A stretch of 64,000 nt of DNA from Zootoca vivipara (Eukaryota): contig NC_083281.1 of NCBI RefSeq assembly GCF_963506605.1, positions 42,780,001 to 42,844,000 of the forward strand, written 5' to 3'. Shown here piece after piece: positions 54,601 to 64,000 of the stretch. The position numbers and the translations under genes were made by a program. The number at the start of each line of letters is the position of its first letter. Within the stretch, counting starts at the first letter, position 1. A model generated the notes under the pieces. That model was given only the letters and a program-made list of their open reading frames with translations, searched no databases and had not been told where the DNA came from.

Positions 54601-57083
54601 ACACATGCCACACAAAACTACTGCGACAGCTGACACAGCATCAGGGTGCGGTGGAAATTCCCTTAGTGCAGCCTTCCTCCAACCTGGTGGCCTTCAGGTG
54701 TTTTGGACTACAACTCCCATCAACCCCAGCCAGGGAGTTGTAGTCCAAAACAGCTGGAGGGCACTGGGTCAAGAAGAAACTAAGGAAATGTAATCTCCCT
54801 GCAAAAGAATTGCTTTCTTTGCATCCAAATTCCACACAGAAACATAGCAACTCTTGTCCTGGAAAAACGCACACATAAAAATCTGCAAATAAAACACAAA
54901 CATATCAGGAGGAAAGGTTCTGGTTCTGCTTGTTACCTGTTATGCTAGCTTTCTACTTGCACCGAGTTGCATTCATATTTCACACACCCACACACCTGAA
55001 GCAATGCAGTATAGTCAGCCATTTCATTCTGGCAGAAATTAAGGCCAAATGGCCCTTGCAAGGCTGATACCTGGACTACTCCTGCAGGTTGCACTACTTC
55101 AGGCTGCAGGTGGTAAAACATTTCTAAATGTAACTCCCTACAAGTATAAAACTAGCACAAAGTGATAGCTGTCAGGCCTGGAATCTTTCCTCCCAGTGTT
55201 CTGACTGTTTACTCGCAGGGAGATTCTTATTGCTCAACTGTCTGCATAGGTCAAGCCTGAGTCAACAAACATTTCTTTTTCATGATTTTTTTACTAGCCT
55301 GCCCTGCCTCAACATACTACTGCAAAGCATTTTTCTGCAAATCAACAGCAGAAAATAAATGCTACAAAATTTGCTTTTTATTCATAAGGATGTTTGTGCC
55401 TGCTCACCCAAGGCTTGATATTTCAGGCTTGTTATAAACGCTGCTTATTTCTACCAAAAGTCTGCAGTCCAGCAATTTCCTGCTGCAATTAATTCTATGG
55501 GACTTACTTTGGAGTAAACTCGAATAGGATTACTCTATTAACCTTCCAGGAGAGAAATCTTCAAACTGAAAGAAAAAAGGTATTTTACGACCTGAAGCTA
55601 GGACATTGGGGGGGGGGGCAGCAGGCTATATATGCCCTCGAACCTTGAAGTGATGCCACCTAATTTGGCTTTGAATTACTGTTTAGTGTACCATCTAAAA
55701 TTATTCTCCATCTTTGCTAACAAAAAGACCACAATGGAATTCTTAACCTGCTTACAAAAGACCCCTGCTGGATCTGTTTTGCACCAAGCAAAGTCTCAGC
55801 TAATTCAGTCTGGTTAACAGACTTCTGCTCTCAAGTTTAAGACTGTTACATGCTGTAGATTTGTAGGCTTGTATATATTACCCCCCTCCTTTTCTCTCCT
55901 GCAGCCCCTTGCCCACCCCACCCCTTTTTGCCCAATATCCAGCCCGTTCTGAAGAAATTGCTCATCATTCTGGTTGGCCCTAATGAAAGTGAACTCTTGG
56001 GTTACAGGGAACTGGGCAGAAGGTCTTCTCGGTAGTGGCACCCACCCTGTGGAATGCCCTCCCACCAGAGGTTTCATCCAGAAAGCTATCCACTGCAACA
56101 GAGGAATCTCATCCAGCCTCATGGGATCTGATCTCACCTGCATCCTCTCCATACCAGTCATTGTGAATGTCCACCATGGAACTCATGGGCACTCCTGCAT
56201 CCTCTGGCCTACCCTCAAACCCGCGGACAAAATGATGGACCACATCGTCCTTCCTCTGGGCTGCACTGTTGCGCAGCAGAGCTTCTAAAAACTGCTTCAT
56301 GTGATAGTTGTTGCATGCCAGGTCCATGGCCTGGCCACTATGGAGCCCCTCCTCTATCTGCTCAATCGTCAGCGGTGTTGGGTACTGCTGTAGTCGCTCG
56401 CCAACTTCTACTTCCACTTCGTCGGCATCAAACTCTACTTTGGGTTCTACCACTTTGGGCAGTGAAGAATTTGTGTCATCTGGAGAGTCACTGCTCACAG
56501 GGTCCCGCACTACAAGCTGAATGGGGTGGCAGCTGCAACATTCCCCGCAGGGAGGGTCTCGCTGGCAATCTGGAACCCTCTCTTTCTCCTGCAGAGATGA
56601 AACTGACACTGAGCACTGGCTCTTTGCCCCATACGACGTGCCCTCTCGAGCAGAACTAGAGCTCCCACTGTCAGCCTGATAAAAAGCAGCTTCTCTCTCT
56701 ATTTTCCTGCAGATGTCCAGTGACGACCTGATGTATGTCTTGCAGAAGTTGACAACATCAGTCATCTGCAGGTAACTGGCTGCAGACATAACTTCAATCA
56801 CATTTTCCCCACAAAGATCCAACTTCCCTGAATAAAGGAAGTCCAGGATAATTGAGAAGGCCTCTGATGTAACAATGTCCAGGGAAGCAGTGCTGTGTCG
56901 GCCACTGTCTTGGATGTAGTGGATCAGCAAAGCTCTGAAGTAACCACTGTTGGCAAACAGAATGTTTTTGTGGGCTTTGAAAATCCTCCCCTCCACAATG
57001 ATGCTACAGTCACAAAAGAAGTCCCTCTTCCGCTGCTCATTGAGCTCTCCCAAGAGTTTGGTGTAGTAAGATTGCATCTCCAT
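51684..57083 (-). CDS. ZBTB8B: Zinc finger and BTB domain protein 8B, 477 aa, 3 coding exons
   Basis: Exons 57083-56138 (BTB: [26 protein letters not shown]...), 54439-54261 ([38 protein letters not shown]...), 51992-51684 ([13 protein letters not shown]...). Total 1434 nt, GT-AG; tandem paralogue of ZBTB8A. Confidence 0.95.
52640..54030 (-). mobile_element. Degenerate non-LTR retrotransposon 3' fragment (C-terminal CCHC domain), split by the Tc2-like MITE
   Basis: [20 protein letters not shown]...RLCPC...[15 protein letters not shown] is a typical LINE RT C-terminal zinc knuckle; the reading frame continues across the MITE site; clade not assigned. Confidence 0.7.
53108..53772. mobile_element. 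TcMar (Tc2-like) non-autonomous element with internal GC-rich tandem repeat
   Basis: Perfect TIR CCGTGTTTCTCCTAAAATAAGAC / GTCTTATTTTAGGAGAAACACGG, TA TSD; internal units of about 100 bp at 53346, 53442, 53543 and 53649 (partial). Confidence 0.88.
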
Positions 57084-59092
57084 TGCTCCGACAGCAAAGA
57101 ACTACCTCTAGGCTCTGAAAGAAAATGCAGGAACAGAACATCAGCACACAAATGTCTTTCCTTCCATGCACAGATATCAAGTCCCTCCCCACAGCAGTGT
57201 ATCTCCCCACCCCTCCAAGGCACACAGAACTGAATCTGGAAAACTTGAGGACCAGAGAAAAATTCCAGCCAGAACAGCTGATGCATATGCTGGCAATAAG
57301 CCTTTAAAAACCCAGTAATCTGAATACTCCATCTACATTGGCCTATATTGAACACATCACCTCAACCAGAAGCTGAGCACACTAGGACGCTTTCAGACTA
57401 CTGCTATTTTCAGGTGAGATTCAATCAAATATTGGCAAATTCAGGAAGTGCATTTGAAGTTGCTCTGGAGCTCTTGCACAACAAACCCACTTTGAACTTT
57501 TTGTGTTACATGATGAGGAAATAGTGTGAGATACCATTTGCTTGATGCAACATCGTCTAACCTCCCCACAAACAAACCAGCATGAGATTGTCTGAAAATG
57601 GCTTGACTTAGGAGAATTGTATCCATTCAGGGGTTTGCCAGGATTCACTGCCAATTCACACATTATGCTAAAAGTTGCTTTCAATGATCTATTAATGTAT
57701 GGAACTGCCCAATTACAAGTTGGACAACTGGATCATCTCTAACTCACTACTGTCTGGTCCAAAAGATGCTCTCCACGGTTGCAGGCAGAAAAATGCATTT
57801 CCCAGTCTGGCTATCAACTCCTTCACTATTTAACATATTTTAGGAGCCCTTAAGCCGCCACAAAAGGCAGATGGGCCTGAATCTGAACTGGCATCAACTT
57901 CATCTGCACAAATCACTGCAAATCCTCTGCATGGCAAAAATTCTGGTACCCACCCCACCTTACAACAGTGGTACTCAAAGCTGAACGACATATTTATTTC
58001 TTGCATAAGATGCTAAAGACAAAGATGGACCGAAAAACAACATTCTTACAACAACACTGTATCTTTCTGGTACATTCATTGAGGACTCTCACCACCACCA
58101 AGCACACAAGGGTGCCATCACTGAACCAGACCATAATTTGCGAGAGTTGGCAGTGCTGTCACAGGTGCTGAGGGTGCAGGTTGTGGTGGTATTCTGCTCT
58201 TCACAACTTTAGTGCTGAACATGCACAGGAACCCAATTAATGTTCAGGGGTGTTAAGCAGCCAGCTGGCATACCAGGATTATAGGACTGATTTGTCCATA
58301 TATGAGTTCTTAAAATGCTCAAGTGGAATGGAGAAGTATTTTAAAGAGAAAAACCTGTGCTTTTAAAAGGGATATCTAATTACTGTGCCTGAAGGAAAGG
58401 AGAAACTGGGAAGAGGAATGCAGCTTCTCTCGCTATATTCCTCTTGCGAGAGTCCAAAACTATGCAAGGTGACCCTTCTACAGAGAGGGCATTAGGACCC
58501 AAGCAGACTCTTCTTCCTCCCCAACCATGTGGCTTGTGTAGCATAACCCTCCAGGGGAAGCCAGTCAGTCCTAGGAACAAAGAATTTTCAGCACAGCCAG
58601 CAAGGAAAACACACACCAAAAACTGGAGCATCCGGGAGATCACTCAGCCTTTTTGCCCCTGAAATACTTGCATGCTTTTGTCAGTTCTGAGCTACCACAT
58701 CTCCTTCAGTGCCCCCCACCTCTGCTTCTCCAGTCTAACTCTCCTTAATAATCTTCTCCAGAAATCTCACTTTCCACACTGCTTTTGCCATAACTATTCC
58801 ACTTAAAGTAAAATCTATTTTCCTTCACAAATTGGCTGCAGACAGAAGAAAACAGTCCTCACTACAGTGGTTAAGAATAAATGGCAGAAAAAACATCACA
58901 TTTATTGTGTGACTGACACAACAGAAGCCTTCTTTCTTTGCTATTACTAGAATAAAAATGAGTGAAACACAGTTGAGATGAGGCACCCATTTTGCAGGCA
59001 AGAGAATCAAGGCATGCAACTATAAATTCCTTTTGAGATTATAGATGATTTTCATCCCTGAAACCACCACATTGGTGTTGCTATAGTCAGTA

Positions 59093-59334
59093 CAGTGGTA
59101 CCTTGGCTGTCGAACGGCTTGGCTCCCGAACAAATCAGCTCCTGAACACCACAAACCTGGAAGTAAGTGTTCTGGTTTGCAAATGTTTTTGGGAAGCTGA
59201 ATGTCTGATGTGGCTTCTGATTGAGTGCAGGAAGCTCCTCCAGCCAATTGGAAGCCACGCCTTGGTTTTCGAACAATTCCAGGAGCCCAATGGACTCCCA
59301 GAATGGATTAAGTTCAACAACCAAGGTACCACTG
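59093..59334. mobile_element. Tigger/pogo-like MITE
   Basis: TIR CAGTGGTACCTTGG / CCAAGGTACCACTG; TA TSD. Confidence 0.85.
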
Positions 59335-59519
59335 TATAGGGGTGTATGGGATATTAGGGGAGGGGCAGTACCTCAGCTGGGGGACACATCATGCTTTTCT
59401 AGGGCCACCTTTGGTCCCTACCCTGAACTCAAATCTCAGCTATGGCTCCTAGAAACTGTCAGCATGTGACAATGGCCACTACCTGGGAATAGCTTCCACT
59501 GGCCAGCTAAACCAGGTGA

Positions 59520-60050
59520 TGGTAGTTGATGGGCCTCAAACTCTCCATGAGTTTGACTTCCCTGCATGTGAAGACAGGCTCTGGAGGATTGCGCAAACAA
59601 GACCAATACTGGGTCCAACAGTCAAGAAGGTGGTTTCTGCATAAGCTGTAGAGAGAAGTGAGGGGCAGATGGGACTCATCAACCTGGGAAGGTAGCCCTT
59701 CTAGGAGGAGAAAATTCTGATCCTAAACCTCCACTGCTTTGCAGGATATTTTCGGGAGAAGGACTAAACCCTACAAATCCAGAGATCAGTCCCTAAGTTG
59801 GATGGCACCTTATATGCCTCCTTCTGGCAAGTCCTGCAACCAAGCTGGTGCCAAATGTATTGCTTTGTTTTCCTCTGGACATCAGCTAGGCTCAGAGGTG
59901 GAGGGGTTATTGTCGTCTGGGCTGCCCAGCTCCTCCATACACACTGCCCAGGCTTGCGCCCCAGGGAGGTCACTTCGGCGCTGCTAACACAGCGGTTTGA
60001 CTTCACCCCCGGAGGAGCACTCCTTTGTCTCTTGAGACAAATGGATACCT
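59520..60050 (+). repeat. Unclassified interspersed repeat, with related copies at ~18520-18780 (+) and ~32640-32750 (-)
   Basis: Shared blocks CCTGCA(A/G)CCAAGCTG.TGCCAAA, CCTCCATACACACTGC and GTTTGACTTCACCCC..GA..CACTCC. Confidence 0.55.
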
Positions 60051-60205
60051 ACCAACAAAGTCAGTACATAGAATAAGATCTCATTTTCTTCTAAATTTGA
60101 GAGCATGCAAGTATAAGTTGCATTTGGTTTAAAGTGGGGACTGCAACATGTGTTGGCAATAAGGTAGCCTTGACAATCCAGGGGATCAAAATTATCACAC
60201 TATCC

Positions 60206-60341
60206 CCGGCATAGGCAAACTCGGCCCTCCGGATGTTTTGAGACTACAATTCCTATCATCCCTGACCACTGGTCCTGTTAGCTAAGGATAGTGGGAGTTG
60301 TAGTCCCAAAACATCTGGAGGGCCGAGTTTGCCTATGCCTG
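60206..60341. mobile_element. Palindromic hAT MITE (same family)
   Basis: GGCATAGGCAAACTCGGCCCTCC / GGAGGGCCGAGTTTGCCTATGCCTG; TSD CACTATCC/CACAATCC. Confidence 0.8.
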
Positions 60342-61479
60342 CACAATCCTCTGTCCCACCCTCACTGTGTGCAAACAGTGAGGGGATGGAATGGGACCCT
60401 TTTACAAAAATGCCAATACAGACACAGACCAAACCAAACCAAAATGGTTAATACAGAACACACTTTTGGAAATGCAAGGACTTAAGAGAAGTAAAATAAA
60501 GAGCCGCAAAGCATGTACAGAGTGCATTTCCCTTACCATCAAGGTACCCACAAGTTGCCCACACATATTTGTTCCTAGAAATTTAGCACTGGATAATTCC
60601 CTTCATAGGCAACACAAGATCACAGCTCTGTAAAGCTCAGGGACACCAAGTCTAGCACTTTGAGGCTGGATCTTTCAACCTGCAAAATAAGTGCCATCCA
60701 GTTGCCACTTCAAATGTCTCAAATTGGTCCAGTGCCACTAAGGAATAGGGACAGTGCCTCTGAGCTTGTACAGATTGCCCTTCCCTACTGAGCACCCAGA
60801 ATCTGCCTACAGTGGGAAATTCCAGGTCCCAGCACACATGCTTGCCACAGAGACTAAGCCCCAGCAGGTCTCCTTTTAAGCAGCAAGTCCCAAAGACACA
60901 CACGAAAGCACACTCTTCAGAGTCATTCAAGCCTCAGCCCTGGCAACGTGTTTTCGATGCAAGATCTCAACCTTGGAGCATAGGACATAAGAGCAGACAG
61001 GGTACCGGGTGCTTCCACTACCTCTCCCAGAACTACAAGGACAAGGAGGAAAGGTGCAATTCTCGTACAAAGCTGGCTCCAGCGTCTTTCTAGCACTGCC
61101 AACTTTCCCCACCCCTTTTTTTGCTCCGTTACCCCAGCAAACAGCACCTTTGCCTGGAAACACGCACACACGCTCACAGGTGACAAAAAGGCTTCTCGCT
61201 CTGCTATTACAGCCTTCACCTCCTAATGATTTCTACAGAAGATGGTACAGGAGAAGCTCAGGATAGGCTTCTTGAGCCACTGCTTTTCCCCCTCCCCATT
61301 AAGCCTGTAAGGGGGGGGGAGAAGTGGGAGGGGGGGAGAAGAGGCGGATACCACCCAGGTCCAGCAGTCTCCGGAGGAGGGGAAGGGCAGTCGCCCTTTC
61401 TGGCAGTGCCCACCTATGCTCACGCACGGCTAGCCAGGAAAGGCTTCCTCCTCTTCCCCCTCAATGCAAAGGCGGAGCA

Positions 61480-61830
61480 GCGACACCAAAAACCGCAGTA
61501 GCAGCCGCTTCCATTCTCCCTGTGCTGCTCACCTTTCAGCCGGTCCCTTGCCTTGCACGGCTCTACCTAGCCTGACACACACACACACACTAGACACACG
61601 CTTCGCAGGAGCCGCCCAAACATCCCGAGCATCGCCAGCCGCCAATCGCAGCTTCAGCCGCGAGCGAAAGAAGGCGGGGCTAGTCCAGCAAGTTCAGCTG
61701 TGCCTGTGCGGCGGTTTCCTCGCCCCCTACCCTTCCCCTCCCACAGAGCATGCGCCGTGCTTATGGCCTGATGGGGATTGTAGTTCCCTCATCTCGAGGC
61801 GCTGTGATAAAGCGGGCGCGGGGTGGGTTA
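61480..61830 (-). promoter_or_regulatory. Probable ZBTB8B promoter (small CpG island)
   Basis: CpG-rich; CCAAT, GC box, NRF1-like GCGCATGC (~61748-61755), ZNF143-like ACTACAATCCCCA (61772-61786, minus); donor-like gtgag near 61528. Confidence 0.6.
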
Positions 61831-63548
61831 GAATCAATGGGAAGAAAATATTTTTGTGTGTGATCAATCTTCTTGCTTTAAAGGTTGGTTGCTTGCTTGC
61901 TTGCTTTGGTTATTATACAGTAATCGTGAACCTCTAAGCTGCTAGCAAAATAATGCACATATCCTCAGATCGGGGACAACTGAACCCACTCCGCTTTTCT
62001 TAATAGGGCCAAAGGGGTCTTACAGGGAGGATGGAAGTCCACCCAGCAAGCCAGAGGAAATTCCTTTATAGTTCGTTATTAGACACTCTGATTACATACT
62101 AGTGCAGCTATCATGTTATTTCTATCATAACTTACTTCCTTTGAAGCATCTCGGATAAATTTCACAATGCCATTAAAAAAATCTGTAAAACAGTTTAAAA
62201 AAACTGCATGTACAAAAACAGTTAAAATCATTTACGTTATAATGAGTAATAAATTAATCGCCTTTTAAACCGCCATCTCGGGGTGAGTTACACATAAGAT
62301 ATTTAAAAGCACAACAACAACAAATGCATTTAAAACGAGAGTCGATGCTTGCAGGCATACATCAGAGGCTGCGGAAATATTGGAAAGAATTATAAAAGCA
62401 ATTTGATAGAGGTGATCAGGGAAGCTCCGACGTCCAAGGCATGGGAAGCCCATATAAAAAAAATTATTATAATAATTAGGCATAATTGGAATGGTTTTTT
62501 AAATTGGGAATTGTATAATTAATTTGGATGTGATTTGTATTGGAAAATTTAACAAATAGATTTTTAAAAAATAAAATAAAACGAGACTCTCGGTACATTT
62601 ATCCAGCTAGGGAAAGCCATTCGGAACAAAAATGCCTTCAGTTGTTTCTGGAAAGTGCAGATAGTGGGTGCCTGACAGAACTGGGCAGGTATGCTCTTCT
62701 ACAAAACAGTCAACCACACTAAAAGCCCTGTTCCAAGTTACTGTGGAAGGGGCTTCCGAGATCTTTGGAACGTGCTGGTTAAACACTCTTGCAGACAATG
62801 GTGGCCTGTTGGATGCAAAATAGGCAGCCTGTCAAGTAGCCTGGTTCTGAGCTATGTGGGGACTTAAATGTTAGTATTCAAGTCAGATAGTCCAAACCCC
62901 AACTGCCCACACCAACAGTCACTGACTATCCTCACATATAGTCCCTCTCTCATACACATGGAGAGTCCTTACCTGATGGTTAAACTGTCACCTCACTTAA
63001 ACTCCCCCCCCCCTGTTTGGATTGGAGGCAGACCCAGGGCCTGTTCATCAAAGAGGCAAGTCTTCCACAGATTCCAACAAGACAGTAGAGATGGGGCCCG
63101 CCTGATATGTAATGGGATTAAGTTCCAAAGGGTAGGAGGTGCCACCACACTAAAAGTCCAATGATGACATCACACAAAATGAGCCTTTGCTGATTTGATA
63201 TCAGTAGGATGCCCTCTCCTGCAAGTATAATAGTTGGTAAGGTATTCAAGGGAGGTGATGATATTTTCGGTATCCTGGTCCAGGTTGTATAGGGCTTTGT
63301 ATAACACTACCACCAGCACCTTGAATGTTGCCCAGTGGCTAATTGGCAGCCAAGGGGTTGAACATGTGGCCTTCTGAATGAGAAGAATGTACTTACTGCT
63401 GAGTTATGACCCTTCCTTATAGCAAGTTTCAAGGCTGATAAAATATTTGAACAAAGCCAAATTAAGAGATAAATATACCAATATTTATTTAATAAATTCC
63501 TGTGCCTAAGAAGAGTTCTGCTGGATCAGACCAAAGCCCTGTCTAGAT

Positions 63549-63763
63549 TAGGGTTGCCAGACTCAATAGTGGACAGGACTTCTGTGCCTTTAATTGCCCT
63601 GCTCTCTTTTGAATCTGGAAACCTTAAAGAGAAACCAGCAGACCCTTTGTTTAATTTCCAAGCAAAGGGTCTGCTGGTTTCTCTTTAAGGTTTCCAGACT
63701 CAAAAGAGAGCAGGGCAAATAAAGGCAAAAAAGTCCTGTCCAATATTGAGTCTGGCAACCCTA
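63549..63763. mobile_element. Foldback (fully palindromic) MITE with hAT-Blackjack-like TAGGGTTGCCA ends
   Basis: Arms of about 100 bp, nearly perfectly complementary, around a short loop. Confidence 0.75.
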
Positions 63764-63797
63764 GCTGTGTGTCCTTGTCTGCCTCATCCTCTTAGAG

Positions 63798-63933
63798 CAG
63801 GTATGGCCAAACTTGCCTCTCCAGCTGTTTTGGGACTACAACTCCCATCATCCCTAGCTAACAGGACCAGTGGTCAGGGATGATGGGAACTGTAGTCTCA
63901 AAACAGCTGGAGGGCCAAGTTTGGCCATGCCTG
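63798..63933. mobile_element. Palindromic hAT MITE (same family)
   Basis: CAGGTATGGCCAAACTTG / CAAGTTTGGCCATGCCTG; 8-bp TSD TCTTAGAG. Confidence 0.85.
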
Positions 63934-64000
63934 TCTTAGAGTGTACATCCCGCTGCTTCCTATGCCTCCAAGCCTGCTGTGTTAATGGACACAGGGGCCC

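Overview
Vertebrate genomic DNA, almost certainly from a squamate and probably a lacertid lizard (it carries a full-length Sauria SINE, BovB LINE copies and many hAT/TcMar MITEs). It holds the conserved block SYNC(+, last two coding exons) - RBBP4(-, 12 exons, 425 aa) - ZBTB8OS/archease(+, 7 coding exons, 164 aa) - ZBTB8A(-, 480 aa) - ZBTB8B(-, 477 aa); I assembled all exons by hand from GT-AG sites. The main surprise is not visible in the ORF track. An intact 4-exon, 176-aa ferritin gene (minus strand, 29208-32091) lies between ZBTB8OS and ZBTB8A, where I know of no ferritin in the mammalian block. Its ferroxidase ligands (E61K, E62K, H65Y in human H-chain numbering), 3-fold iron-entry channel (D131H, E134K) and NCOA4-binding Arg are all substituted, and no canonical IRE is visible near its start. 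It looks like an iron-independent pseudo-enzyme ferritin, next to an orphan CpG island that shares a sequence module with the ZBTB8A promoter. Secondary observations: Tc2-type MITEs carrying GC-rich cargo, a MITE nested in a LINE, and MITEs bearing ZNF143- and CTCF-like motifs.
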